NCBI GenBank assembly: GCA_976226885.1
Contig: OZ320316.1
Location: 54,188,001 to 54,252,000 of the forward strand
Reading direction: 5' to 3'
Length of the DNA: 64,000 bases
DNA from: Iphione sp. A-MEVVRFRX5
Lineage: Eukaryota
Of the stretch, positions 38,080-52,344 are shown piece by piece. A model generated the notes under the pieces. That model did not search any database. It worked only from the letters and a program-made list of their open reading frames with translations, and was not told the DNA's origin. The position numbers and the translations under genes are program-made. The first letter of the stretch is position 1. Each line of letters opens with the position of its first letter.

Positions 38080-39130
38080 AAATGTGGAACAAACTGACGG
38101 AAAATGAAATAACAGTGACAGGCTGTTGTTAAGAGGAAACATCGCTGAATGCTGCACGAGAGAGAAATTACACAAAGAAGACTGCATTAGATCCCCTCCA
38201 GTAATCCACAAATGCTAGTGATGTGATTAACGGCAACAATCTTTGCGTGATCCCCTTATGTTTAAAGTGACCTTCCGCCGAGGAGTGGTAAATTTAGTAA
38301 AAGGTAAATATAATATCTGAAAAAAATATGCATGCAGACCTAATCTTCGAATGAATATGTGAATGTTCTGTTTTTTGTCACTGCCTTTTCATCTTTTCGT
38401 CCTTACTTGCTCCTTCCTTCCTCTGCCGAGCCAGTGCAGCTTATATCTATAATTCAGAAAATCTAAAGACATTTCTTCTCGATTATCGGCCAGGCAGCAA
38501 TCCCGTTGCCTAGGCTTTAGATTCTAAATGGGCCTACGAGCACAAAGACTGTTGTATCATACTCCTCCTTCCCTTGCTATCTTCGGTGTGTAGGGATACT
38601 AGGCCACGTATATCAGGCCTTGTTATTCTTGTGCAGGTGATTTTGTGGGATAAGTTCATTGATCCCGTGTGAGGTGATTGAAGTAAACGCTGGACGTGTT
38701 GGTCAATCGGTCCTTACTGGCAATAAACTGTATAATGCAGTAAATGCTGCATTATCGTCTTCTAGAAGACATTAGGTGCATTGTCTTTGCCGTCATGTGT
38801 GGCTTTGGCATTTCGTAATAGCAGATGCAGCTTCAATGAAGGATGGAGATTGGATAATGGCAGTTACAACAGCATATACATGTATATGTATAGACATATG
38901 TATCATCACTGGAGCCGGAGCAAATGCTATTCCTAGCGAAGGTCATGTCTGGAACATTCGTCTGGCAGGCCGGTCCATTAAATTTTCTAAATTAGAAAAG
39001 TGCAACGGCCTCCATCATCGGGTTGATAGGGAAGTGATGATGAGGTGCCAATGGGAGGCGACGCTTCTGATATGAAAGGTTGAACAGTGGCTTTTTTCAT
39101 TGGCTCCGCTCCCATCTAGTACGGTTACCT
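38080..39130. promoter_or_regulatory. Candidate enhancer/conserved noncoding region
   Basis: Non-repetitive sequence with TGACAG, TAATCC, GTAAAC/GTAAAT forkhead-type cores, CCATTAA and tandem palindromes at 38732-38770. Confidence 0.3.
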
Positions 39131-39507
39131 TCACATGGCCTTCCATCAAGTTAATACAAGTATGATGTTGTACGCTCTCGCATCATATACTGTAGACTTT
39201 TTCCATTCCTTAGAGAATAACAACAGGGAAAACGAATTACTAAGCACACTGACGCAGCCTAACGGCAAAAAAAGTCAGTGTGCGTCCGTTCGTCCTTTGA
39301 CAATTAGGTTGACATTAAACTATACCTGTACAGAAATATCTACAGCATATCTTACTTAACCTGTTTCTCCGCTACGAGATGACGCAGGATTCATTTCCAT
39401 AATGTACTGGCCTACAGAGTTTAAAATTTTACACGACAATGTACGTTCCTGGAATAAATGCTATATGCTGGCGGGAAGCCGGGGGGCGTGTACCGTGTAC
39501 AGTGTAT

Positions 39508-39532
39508 TTTGCATATTGAATAAATATGCAAA
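39508..39532. promoter_or_regulatory. Palindromic POU/octamer-like double site
   Basis: TTTGCATATT-GAATA-AATATGCAAA: perfect 10-bp arms, each carrying ATGCAAA. Confidence 0.4.
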
Positions 39533-41599
39533 CTTCGATTGATATGTTAGGCTCCTCCTGTCTGGGTGGAACTCTTTTTTATTTCTCTACAAAACAGCTA
39601 ACCGGCATCAGCCAGAAGCTGGTTTTCAGCCGGGGCTCTGGGGCACATTGTCCCGAAAACAAGGAGCACAGAAAACCAATTAGTTTTTAATGAATCCTTG
39701 AATTAATGAATACACCGTACACACATCAAATTGAGGGAAACATCACGTCTATCAACCCCAGTGCGTGTCCATTGGTCACGTGTGTGCTCGTATCATACAT
39801 TTTGACCTCTGAAAAGAAATATATACGTACAACTCGTTTTACTGAAGTACATTTCAGAGCTGTTAAGGTTCACAAAGATGATAAAAGAGGAGCTATGATT
39901 TTGTACATTATTGTGGCAGGTGCTAACTCCTTCTGTTACTTACCTATCATCCTAGCTTTTTCTAAAACATTAAGTTGGAAACAGGTATCGGGTTAGCCCT
40001 AATCAAGACACTATTGGAACGTGGGGTCAGATGTTAGTGTTGTATCAGTGAAGCACTGAAGATGGCTGGCCTGACGAAAAAAGCAAAAGATGAGATGTAA
40101 CCCCCAAGTTACCGTCTCCAAAACCATAAAGCAAGCCAGGGAGGAAAGGTACCTCGGCAGATCATTGTATATAGCTTGCCACTTCCCATGTCTCACCTGT
40201 GTCCCATTCTGCGCCCACACAGCCATGATATAACAACTCCCTAAAAGGTCAGTGAGAAAGCACCAACCTGTCCTAAGAAACACCGCAGTCTACATCGTTC
40301 TCTTTATATGGTACCTCAGAGTGTAACCCATTTCATAAAAAAGTGTGATTTCACAGGAGTGCCTTTTAAAGAGATAACATATATATGACGGTGAAATATG
40401 TGTGCAAGAAACAATAATTATACACTGGTGTTAAGTTTAGCAACTAAGGTAAACTGAGAAAAAAGCTGCCAGAAAACGGAAGGACATGCATTAGAGCATT
40501 TCCGGTGATCAGTGATTCCCGCATGAGCGCGAAGAGTGGAGCACTGTCCGTATTCGAAACAACGTATGCGTCACAACATCAAATCAAGAGAAGTGACATA
40601 TATTTAGAGAAAGAAATCTTGGGATGAAGAGATTTTGCAATGATTGGTTTTGTATCTTACAGCATGTCGAGGAGGTCTGTATGACATTTTAATATGGTAG
40701 AATCATTGTAGAAAGGAAGTGTGAATAGATCATGCCTATACCAATGTGGTATTAATGCTAAACCCGTACAGGTACAGAGAAAAATGCTTTCTAAACGTAA
40801 TCAAAATGTCACTTCGTTTCTTGAAATGCCAGACTTTTCAGTCAATACATCTCTAACCCTGTAACAGTCCACCGTAATGAAAACGACTGACTTGGCGTTA
40901 TCGCTCTTAATGAAATTGTCATATAAACTCCCTTAAAATCAGTCTTACCAAAGTAATGTAAAGCTTTAAAAGTTCTTTCTCCAAGAGCTTCAAATGTGCA
41001 CGTCCCACTCCATCTCTTTTGCCATGTCTTAAACTGCACAGATTCTTTTTACTTTCTTCTCTTTTTTCTTTTGAGTTACTTCTTTACCTTTAGGAATCAC
41101 CTTCTCAATCTTGTCTGCAGACGGTTTGACTGCCATATCAACAGTGTTTATTAAGCATCTCAGAAATTCAATTTCCTGTCGTGGCCCAATAACTAATTTA
41201 TCATTATTAATGTGAACTTGATTTTGTGTTGTCCTTTTCCAGAAAACTAATGATCCTCATGGGTTGTTTGGAGGAAAGTATTTAAACATGAATAACACAC
41301 CATTTTTATCTATCAGATCATAAAGTTTGTATTGAAGTTTGAATGCACATGTTTTACAGCGAACGAAGCTTCTGCCTATTTCCTAATTCTAAGCAGGAAC
41401 CTACAACGAAATTTAAGGAACGCTTCTTTCAGATAACACTCACCAAACAGCAAGGCCACTTCCAACAGTGCGCTTAACACCACAATAAACATGAAGTTAA
41501 AATAAATTAAAGATTACTTATCAAGACAAAAACTACGCACACTTAACTTATTTATTTATGACTATTTTTACTTGGAAAAGGATGATACATTACTTTACA

Positions 41600-42400
41600 C
41601 AAAGTCCCATGTGTAAACAGTTTTCATTTACTTATTCGCGCACAAAATACTAATGGAATGTGACTGAGCATTGAATGTCTTCATCCTCATACATACACTT
41701 GATTAACTCCGTTATCATTATGCTTGTTCAACAATGTCAAGAAAGTCTTCTCAAGATACATCAGAATTATTCCTTCTATAGCAGATATTGTATTTTTCAT
41801 AAAACCTTTCTTCCGAAGTTGTAATTTAAAACCCATCTATTTAGTTCTCTTGATAAAGACTGGTCCTAATTCCACTTTCCCTGACTTCCACTTTATCAAT
41901 ATGGCAAGTTTACAATCCAGCTTAGTTGTCAATGGGACAGTGTAATGTTATTGGTCCCTATAGATATTTTGGAAGTCTACTATCATTCTAGATCATCAAT
42001 GCACCTGATGTTCGTTACCCTCTTGCCAGTTACCTTGACTAGGCCTTTTAATGGAATCTGTTGACAAACTATACACGTTTATGACTAGGTAGCTCATTTT
42101 GCTATATGGCAACCTTTCCCTGTAGGCTCTTATTCAGCAACCTGATATAATTTCAACTTAGATATTATTATTCCTACTTACTGTAATTCGTTCAGTTTTA
42201 TCCCGTGACAATTACTATATACCTCCAGTTAACCCTCTTTCTCAGAATTTTAGGCTGAGCTATGAAATTTCTATAATTAGATAACACTGTGGAAATCTAT
42301 TCTTAATAACCCTAGGCAATGTCAGCGCCGACAACAGGCATAGCTGGAGTAACACAATTAAAATTAGTGTGTGGGGCAACTCTTCTGGAGCTGAGGAAGG
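41600..42400 (-). mobile_element. Probable L1/Tx1-like LINE 3' fragment, heavily decayed
   Basis: Broken frames KRVNWRYI...NYSK...KLYQ...TCIVCQQ...EERFYEKY resemble the zf-RVT/C-terminal region of Tx1-type ORF2. Confidence 0.35.
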
Positions 42401-43299
42401 CATCATAGTACAAGAAATCACCTTGGCACCCGGTGTTTATACTATATATTATATGATATACATGTATATACATCCGTTTCCTCATTTGTTACCTACTGTA
42501 ATCCGTCTTATAATCGTTGGCCAAAATGTATGACATTTCTAGTACAGCAAGTCAAAGAACAGAGATGATTCAGTACATGCATACGTAAAGTATCTAAAGT
42601 AATAAAGGCATTCCGTATCCAAATAAACTGCATTACGGTCTTAACAGATATTGTTGTCTCATTAAATATTAAATCTAAATATGAGACAGGTCACTGCTAT
42701 AAAATGGAAATTTCCTTTGCCTCTGTTCATGGAGATTTGGTAAAAAAATTACTGAATGGCCATTGTATCCTTATAGATACTTTCGGGATAAATATATTAT
42801 CTAACCACAGAGTGTCTATAGCCCATATCTTACAGAACTCATGCCTATTATGAGCGTTTCAATACATAACGTCCATGGTAAACAGTTCAGCGCCAATTGC
42901 AAGCGAGGAATTCAAGATATCTGGCCGATGACTGTACGTGACCTTGATCTGTTTCCTCGTCTGGAGCAAGAAGTACTAAGGCGGCTCTTGAATGTTGTTT
43001 GTCTTGTCGTCGAAGGTTCCTTCTAAATGTCTGCCTTCTAGCATTTAGGGGGGCCTACGCCGAACATCTCAAATTACCCTCTTAATGCTGTTAACCCTAC
43101 ACTCCTATATAAAGCTCGAAGGAGAGAAACTCCTCTCTATACAAACCTAGATAGCACCCCTGGCGAATTCTGTCACTAGGGTGAGTAGTGAGGTTCAGAG
43201 CTTCATAAATTCAACATTTTGTTCCTGGGCATATATCTGAATATGAGCATTACGTCCATGCTTCTTTCTCAGCCTTGCCGGAAGGGTACAGCAGCAGTT

Positions 43300-45450
43300 G
43301 ACGATAGGTCATGGCATTTTGTCGTAAGCTAAGGCACAGGCAGCTCGCCTTGCTAATGGTAAAGGACCGCGACGATGTTATCCTTATGGGACTGCCTTCT
43401 GCTGCACCTGGACCCACCGGTATGGAATTGCTTATGAGTAAAAGAAATTCGAATATCACTTTCCTGTACAAGCTGTTTGCATCTGCTCTGTTACAATGCG
43501 GCTGTCTGATCAGCATCCTTTTCGAACAGTCTACTCAACAATGACCTTAACCTGATCATGTGTATCTGCTGTCTTCGACAGTATGTTTCTGTTCTCGATG
43601 GTTATTCTTCTGCAGATGCCAGTCAATGTGTCTCTCACATACCGAGAGCTTCTTGGTGTGCGCACCACTGTCCGTAAAGACCGATCTTTCCCTCTGGGGT
43701 TGTGCCTGAAGGACCGAATCCGCAGGAGAAGGGGAGAAGGGAAGGTGCCAAGCGGAAGGTAACGACCAGTCCATTAGTACTGGCGCACCTCATCCAGATC
43801 TATGAAGAACTCACTGAGATCTTTAATAATAAAGAGCACAACGTGTTTTAAGTCATGTCTAGCATGTTTGACAGACTGGCGTCTTCATCCAAAAATTGCT
43901 TCTTCATATACAGCTCGAGTACAGCTTCTTCTGTCTGCTGCCCTGGATAAACTACAGAACTGCCATGATGCATACTGTTCCATGCTAAATTTATTCTGTT
44001 ATTAGTTTGGACAGGAGTTATCTTATCACAATACCGGTATTTTAAAAAAACAAATCGACACGTCTACTATTTTTTTTCATATTGAGATAATTTCCATGTG
44101 ATGTCATAAAACCTGTTGCAATGTGTACCATACCAACACGTTACACGGTCTGTGAACTTCCAGACAGGCAGGGGTGGTACACGCTCGTGTGCACCGCAGA
44201 AACAGGGAGTGAATATATACACACACTGGGATTTATGACCATAAGTGTGCCAATCCCTATCCATAACGATTCATGTACAGTACTGTAAGAAGGCTTCTTA
44301 TTATCATCACTGCTACATAGCTTTAATCAGTTCTATAAAGTCTTTCCCTGGAAGTGTAACCTCTAGCATTTGGACGTTTCAAGCACAAAATGAGCAAATT
44401 CCTAGCAACTGACGTAGACAGAATTGTGGCAGAACAATTCTAAAAAAAACTCCTAAATATTTGAAAGCCAGACTGGCCTGATGTTACCTTCTCAGTGGAG
44501 TCAAAATACTTCCGCTGTAACTCCTGTTGCTGAAGACAGTCTTCTGTTTACTAAGATGTCATGCATAGTTTTCGTCCTATCCTCTATGTATCTATCTGTA
44601 TGTTTCCTGATAAAGACACTAATTGCCAGTTATTTTAAGTGATTTAGTCGATATGTTGTAGAATACTAAATACATCACAATATGTTTGATAGGTAGGGAA
44701 GAACTTCACCATTTGTAGCTCACATGGCATAATTATTTAGCGGACTGTGAAGTTGTTGATTTTTCAGGCAAGGCCCTCTATGGTGAATGGATTCTGTAAC
44801 TGTAAAGTGAAAAATCAACTTCTTATTGAATAGGCTGATGAAACCCCAAAGGAAATCCTTATAAAATGGCTGAATTAAACCCTTCCCATGTAGCTAAAAG
44901 ATATGTAACCACTACGCAAAGAAGAAAATCCTGTTACATAATACATGTACATAGATCGACAACTCTGAAACCAGTACACAGGTTTCAGGAATGAAAATCC
45001 CTCCTCTCCTGTTGGACGTGTCGGTACGTTCCCTGCAGTTCCTACACCGGGACTGCGTGATGCTTCTCGTTGATAAAGCATGATCAGAGAGCAGGCACTA
45101 GGTAGAACACACGCTACACTGCCTGCTCGGTTCATTCCAAACGGCCCTTGATGAAGAATTCATTTAAACGCATGAGGATATAATCACATCAGATGTCCCC
45201 ATTCGGCTTAGGCCTAGACAAATACAGAGCTACATCTTGCCTATCGATATCTTCTAAACGCCTCTTTGATGGGAATGACATTGCTATGAAATTGCATTAC
45301 ACATCCAGTGCAGTATGGTTAAATATCAGCTTGTGCAAGTTCTTCTTGAATTTCTCCGGAATGTTTCGGATATGGTACCGATATCAAGGACATCGATACT
45401 GAGCAAATCGCATAATGACGGCCTCCATATGTTCCTTTTACGTATGTTTG
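43300..45450 (-). mobile_element. Decayed RTE-clade LINE (APE endonuclease plus RT), colinear motifs
   Basis: In the expected order on the minus strand: NIR...LDIGTISET (45362-45385), DYIL (45174-45185), SDH (45080-45088), ILVNRRL (44537-44557), QSGF (44461-44475), FIELIKA (44316-44339), FLDED..L...LKIS, SVFTD..TKKLSV, HMIRLRSLL (43536-43562), GSRCSRRQSHKDNI, LAYDK. Confidence 0.68.
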
Positions 45451-48400
45451 CTACACTGTGTATGTATGTGTGTTTGAGTACAGTTGTTTGAGTGATATTT
45501 TTTAAGTATCAAATGCTACTCCACAGATGGACTGTTGTAGCTGTAGAAAGACTCGTGCTTCTCTCAGAAGTAAATCAGATGGCTTTCTCCTGCTGACTGC
45601 CGTGGGATGACCCTCCTAACACAGATGTGAGAACCTGGTCTACCTCTCGGCATATTCATGCACTACATTCATACTCGCGATGTCCTCGCAGGGGGTGGGA
45701 ATCAATTAGTGGTTTTGTGTCCCCGATAGATGTACTGTACATAGCAGACTGCAAAACTTCGACATGGTCACATTCTGGTATGTCAAAACTAAATGTGATT
45801 AGGCTGTATAGCTCGGTCATCCAACATAATGTCTCTACCACTTGCAACAACCGCGGGAACTGCTTCCCTGGCGATGCAGGCTGGCATGCCACAATAGCAG
45901 ATACAAAAGCTATGTGACCGACTGTTGTTTGAACATCCTGGACTGTGTGCCGTTGTCTTCTACGAGCCATAGCAGACAAATGTTAAGGCAGAAGCGGCGG
46001 TTATTGTAGAGTTTTGACGCATTGGTTGTTTGTCGTGGTACTGGGGGAATCTTTTGAAGCCTTCACTTTCATCTTGCTGTGAGTGAAGAGCTCGGCCAAA
46101 TGAACGACGTTCTCTTTTTTCATACCTTGACATCCCCTACACGCGTTGAGGCAAACAATTGGCCCACCTTCCCATAAGATCGAGTAGGTTCAGAGAAGAT
46201 GTTCCATGTCAATCCTAGCCTAAGCTCTACAGAGATTCCATATATATTCAGCTTCCTTCCCACCATTTCACAGGGGACTTGGAATCGGTGTACAAAGCCT
46301 TTTCTCCATCCAATTAGACTGCAGATAGCTATAGCTGTTTGACGCAAATTTAGTTTCCATTCCCACTGAAGGCATCTACTAAACGCGACATTTCCTTGTA
46401 TTATCTTTATGTGCAGTAAAAGAGATCTAGGTTGAGAGATCCACCTAAAAAATCAGTCTAATGTCTATACTCTCTCTCACAGAGCCTCTAAAGCCTTTTA
46501 TCGTTGAATCATTCTGGTATAGGCTCAGGATGTTCCAGTAAAGCTACTCTGAAGTTATCGTTACTGGTGCTATTGAATGTGAAATGCAGAGATGAAGAGT
46601 TCTCCATAATCCATATATTGTCGAAACTACCGTTCTGCCTAAGCCGGCACTTTTTGATGAGATTCGCTTTGAAGAAACAAGGGCATGGGAAGGCAGTCTG
46701 CTGATACTGGGGTCGAAAGTTCACAAAACACCGAGAGATATCCTCGGGAAGAATTTGTGATAGTATCCATGCGACCAGATTTTATGCTTGCACGTGTAAC
46801 CATTTTAACAGGAATGCAGCCAATTTGTTTCTGGGGACCTGTTGTGATTTCCCTCACTTAGCCTGACCAGATTCCATGTACAGGCTGGGTTATACTGTGA
46901 AGAGACCAAGAAATGATCAAGTTGTTGATTGAAAAAGGTTTTGTATGTCTTTAAACGTTTACTATACAAAAATATTATAAATAGGGCAATATTGCCTCAT
47001 AGCTTGTGAAGCAAAATAAAAGCGTGTGTGAACACCATTATCCAAATAATTTTACGTATTTCAAGCCCTGTTTAGTGATTTGGAGAGTGATATATATGTA
47101 TTTACTATTATTGACCGATAAAATATTTAAACCAGGACAATGATAGCATGTCTTGAAAACAGCACAAAGTATGGGGAATGGACCAAAAAAGCCCGAACAA
47201 ATCATCCTTGACGTACAATCTCTGCAGGACTCATATATTTTCTAAAATGCCTTTGCGGAGGAAGGATCGTCAATCAAAACGTATACCTTTCTACTGTCCT
47301 AAGTCGAGTTAGAATGCAAAAAATCTTTCTTTTTAACGATCATAACCAGACATGATACATCATTAAAGGATGGTGTTCGCTGGACTTGAAGAAGATAGAT
47401 ACGGTAATGTATTATGTGCGTCCACACTAACGCCCTGTGAGCATCCTTTCTGAACAGTTTTCCTGGCAGTCTTCTATGTATCTCTATTATTGATCATAAT
47501 GAAACTAATAAGCATACCGTTGTGGACACAGCGCCCCTATTCTAATTAGTAACCATACCTTATTTTTAATTAGGAAGCAGAACGTCAATAACAGGCAGTA
47601 TTACATAAATACATTACGTTTTTCTACTTGTTCTCACTATTAACTGTGTTACTTAACCTATTGTGATACTTTACCCTTCTCTAGTCTATAAATTGGTTTT
47701 ACTGGTTATGACCCATACGAGTAATTATTTCTCAAGGAAAACTGAAAACGTCTCCTAAAGTTACAGTAACAATTCTCATCGGGCTTTTCGTTCATTTACG
47801 GAAAAGAAGCTGTGAACCTGAACCTTTCTTCCTAAATTCTGATAAACGCTGGAAGAAACTGGGTTGATTTCTTCGGAGCAGAAGAAAACTGTTACTTCAA
47901 CTGGACCTCTTCCAATTCATTATCGGATGGGAAGCGAGTGTTCGAGGGTGCATTAACAAGCAGACTTCGCAACCTAGACTATGGTGATGGCAATGAAATG
48001 AGAGTCTTCAAGAGGCTCGGGGAAACGGAATCCATTCAATGTAACTGTCCTCGCCGTGTTGTACTGAGCTTTTACCCGAAGGAAAATAGACGTGGAAGGA
48101 TATGAAGGAGCTAAACCTCACCCTCAGATATGTTTTCTGGAAGAACAGTGTATAATGATTTTGTTGAGCACTGTTTTTTTTTCCTTTTCGATATCCAGAT
48201 GGAAATAGAGGCATTCTTTCTTAGCTTGTTTGCAAGTGTAAGCAGGCTTTGCTCTTGGCAACAAATCATTCTTATCAAGATGTATTCAGTTATGTTGTAA
48301 CAGTATTTACTGACGAGAAAGGGATGGGGAATTTAGTGGAAAAAGATAACCCAGCTTAAAGACCGCCTAGTATAGCCGTACGTTTTTACTAAATCCTAGA

Positions 48401-49719
48401 TCAGTGACATACTTACAAGGATGATAAATATGTTTCTCGGTATAAAACGTCCACGTCTTTGGCTATAGGTGACAACGTGATATATGTACTCTTTTTATTC
48501 ATATGCAAATGGGTATATATTATGCCCTATGGAGTAGGACGTTATGTATCCTTTGTACCTGGTTCAGTCAGATGAAAAGAAAAATTGTGGCGTGATTTGC
48601 AATTTACAGTCCGTTTATGCATGTTATTAGGATGGTGCTGCAATGCAGTTGAGCAGGACCAGCGTCAAGGTTAAAACATGAAAAAGGTATGGATTTAGTG
48701 GGAAAAAATGGAGGGTTGGGGAGGGACTTGATTGGGATTGCCAGTGCGGGACGGCCTGGCGAGATAGGGAGTGGGGATAGCGGTGGGTGTTTGATTGTCG
48801 AGACAGCTCAATGAATGTGCCAATTCATGCGGTAACAATGGTTAAACTATGGGATGAATACTGCCAACGCCCACAGCGAAACCATTGCTTTGCTTTCTGA
48901 AAGGGGTACTCATGCATAAAGTGTGACAAGTTCCCGCTGAAACATCACACTATTGAACACCCTGTTCAGATACAATATAGACGAGGACGGCGCGAGTTTT
49001 GTTTCAACGAGAGTCGCAGAAGAGTACTATTCATTCACGACCGAACCATTGAATAATTAAATTGAGGTAAAAGTGAGGAGGGCGCATTGAAAATGCACCA
49101 TAGAGGGAGGATGGCTGTCTAAAATACAGCTAATCATACCATGGATACGGCCCAGTGTTAAATCACATCTAACTTTGTCAACTAGGAACAAGGCTATTGA
49201 ATTTATCATGACATAAATTAGAAAACAAAAGATTGCTTCCAATAGAGACGTCTAACCATGACGATCTCCTTAGAGTGAAGCAGTCAGGCTTCAGTCCCTG
49301 GAAGAGTCGGATGTCGGCCTATAACTCTGGCCTTAAATAGAATACAATGGGTTTTCCGTAGCCAGCAAAAACGACTATCAGGTTCTAATGGGCCATAAAT
49401 TGTCACAATTAAAGGAATGCACTTGGGATGAACCAACGAGTATTGTACTTGGGGGAAGTATAAGGCAGAAAGAACATCGAAGCAATTATAATTACACAAT
49501 AGGAGACGGATCCCACCCTCCTTCAGCATTCCTTTTCCTCTGTGTCGTTCACGCTTTCTTTCTGTCGCACTATCCTCTCTTTACTTTCGTTTTTTTCTGG
49601 CACTGAGCTGAACCAAAACGGAACACCTTGCATCTGGTGTCACATTACTACAGCGGCTTCGGCGAACTGCGAAGCTTTAAGGCGAAACCTTACAGCAACT
49701 ATGCGCAGGTCCCGCTGCG

Positions 49720-49830
49720 GATGGGCCTCTGTATCGGATTATCAGTTGAAGGCGCCGGACCGATAATCCATGAGGCATCTGGCAAATCTTGATAAGGATT
49801 AATAAGTAATGAAATGCTGAGATTGGGTAA
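49720..49830. promoter_or_regulatory. Candidate enhancer core
   Basis: GATAATCC, CATCTG, GATAAGGATTAATAAGTAATG: bicoid-type, E-box, GATA and TAAT sites within about 100 bp. Confidence 0.25.
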
Positions 49831-51789
49831 ATGGGGGCTTCCCCAGTGGACAGAAAAACAATTTGTCCCCAATGGGTACAGTTAAGCCACTGGCTTAGGA
49901 CCTCCAGCGATGCCCTGTCAACTGGATGGTGTGCTCGGCTGTGGAAGCAATTGCTCGGACATTGTTCTGACCTGCTCGCCATGTCAAGGATGCTGAAAGC
50001 AATGGCTTCCAGGTATAAAACTTCATCGAAGGGTACATTCTTTTGTGGATTTCTGGATTGCATACTCATAGCTTCGAAATTGTGATCCGAAGGTTTTTTC
50101 CGAATTATTCTTAAGCGTTATTCACCAAAGTGAACTGAATAAAGTGATCTGTTTATGGCTGAGTGCTATTTTGAAAATCCACATAGTGTATGTGACAAAT
50201 TGTGCTCAATAAAATGTTCAAATTCAAATTCAAAGAAAGATTCCTTGCCCCTTTGCTACAACCCAAAACAAACCCTATTGAGCGATGTCTCCATTACAAT
50301 TTCAGCTAACACCATATTTAGAAAACGACAGCTGTAGATGTCGACGGATATTCAGAAAATAAATATTTGACAGTGCTTTCCCCAGATTAAAAAATGAACG
50401 CATTAAGATAGTATTAACATCCTTTTCACCGATCTGGACAGAACGGCGAATGTTATATGATACGACAGTTTATTGAAATACAGGATATAAAATGTTCCTT
50501 AATATTCTGCTCTTGTCGCACTTTCTTTGCACTTTGGGAGGACGAAATACGGGACACACATAGAGGATTTCCTTAAACAGTATTGGCGTCAATGAAATCG
50601 CCGGACTCTGACTAGAACCTTCCTACTCTGCCTGCTTCGGTCCATGCCGCGACAACTGCGTAGCAGAGCCTCGCAGCTTTATTTGCATCGTTTCTCATTT
50701 ATTCAAGCCCAAAAGGGAATATTTGAGACACATGTCCACTTCAAAGAATGAGGTGATCATGGCCGATTGTGATGGGTCGGACTGGTTATGCAATGTTTAA
50801 TAAGCGTTCCAGTAAATCCCGTCTTCTCAATATCCCGACTAAAGTCTTCTGTGGTAAATGAGACGGGCTGAGGAGGCAAGTTTATATCACAAGACAGTAC
50901 GATATCACTTATTCAATATCATACATCAACTTATCATGTTATTTGGTCGCAATAATGTCGGTCTTGGGTTCGGGGGGGAAAACTGCTCTATTGAGGGCCC
51001 AGCAACTCAGGTTTGACACAATATCCATGGGATACCCATCGCATTAAGGATAGATTTAGAGTATCACACGTCACATTTTGACTTGATATTCAATCACGTC
51101 ATTTTCTTACACCAACAGCCTTTAGTTACAGGCTGTTTACTGTTCACATTCGTTTTCATGGCAGTAAACATGTTAATGTACAGTGCGTCATTCCTAAACT
51201 ACATGTATCACATTGGCCTATATTTACATGGCTTTGTCTGTGATGAATGTATAGTTTAGATGCGGTAACTGAATAGTTGCCCTTTCAACTATATTCATTT
51301 TGCAATAGCATCCTTTCGGTAAGTGTGTGTTATTTATGTAGGAAAATGTCGCTTTCGTCAATGAAGGTCTTTTGGGAATCGCATATTTTCAGATACAGCG
51401 TGTGCGGTTATTGCATTTTTATTTTACTTTTCCCTCATAATTAGTGTTGATCTCAACTGAATTCTTGCTCTTAAGCACACGACGTTTTGTTCTATAACAT
51501 TTTATTCAGGTGACTGCGGCGGACTGTATATAGCCAGGCAAATATTAGGAATTTTAGTTTAATACGCGAAAACAACAACTGCGCCATCTCGTATCGTGTG
51601 ATACATAGTTGTACTAAAATCTGATCTTACACATGTTTAAACTGGAATAGCCCTACTATCATCAGCCACATTGCAGCACTGCTTATGAGAGGTTACCAGA
51701 GTACCAACTGATATACTTAATAATAGTTTGTATCCAGAATCACGCTTTCATGACATGAACTAGATTATAGTTGTTATTTCAAGGTTCAA

Positions 51790-52080
51790 AGGTGTCTGTC
51801 ACTTCTACGGGTTCCATATGGGACAATTTCCATTGGAACCAATCAAGGACGAGACTGCTTAATCAAGGGGATAATAACACCCTTTATCAATATCAACTAT
51901 TTAGAGAAGGAACCGCTAAGCGATGCATCTACAGCAATAGCAACAATAAATACAGACAAATATCTCTCTTTTTTGACGGACGAGAAATAGACACGTTTGG
52001 AATTCCATATGAAATTGTAAAGACCAGCATTTACTTAAGAGTGTCACTTAAAGATTCTACTTGGTTTCTACCAATGATCA
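51790..52080 (+). mobile_element. Decayed LINE RT fragment (internally deleted)
   Basis: NQGDNNTL/FININYL resembles QGD.LSP.LF..INDL; FDGREI...YEIVKTSIYLRVSL resembles the KYLG region. Confidence 0.35.
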
Positions 52081-52344
52081 CTCAAAATTAAATATGAAAT
52101 GGACCATCTGTTCAATCCCATAGAAATGCATCATTAAGATACAATAAGATATCATTTTCTAACTAGTCGACCTCAACAGGACGGTTTCGCAGTTTGGATA
52201 AGTGGACAGGACCAGAATACTTGAGACTCGACAAAATATAATTTTCTGTCGGCAATTTGGCATTTGGTTTTCTGGTAATAGCTTATCAAATGTTATGACA
52301 AATAACTGTTAGGGGCTCTTCACATGTATCTATATTCGTAAGTT

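Noticed and set aside
40600-41260. Protein-like minus-strand frames (KRWSGTCTFEALGERTFKALHYFG)
   Set aside because: No recognisable motif and multiple stops; I cannot assign it or separate it from chance.
43300-43800. DIRS RT/RNase H reading (DNIVAVLY resembling DNTTAVAY)
   Set aside because: Motif spacing is far too short for DIRS, and the region fits the RTE ORF2 C-terminus colinearly.
45600-46900. Second LINE RT on the minus strand (KLNIYGI, STRVG)
   Set aside because: The motifs are too weak and inconsistent. It may be the 5' part of the RTE element, so it is left unassigned.
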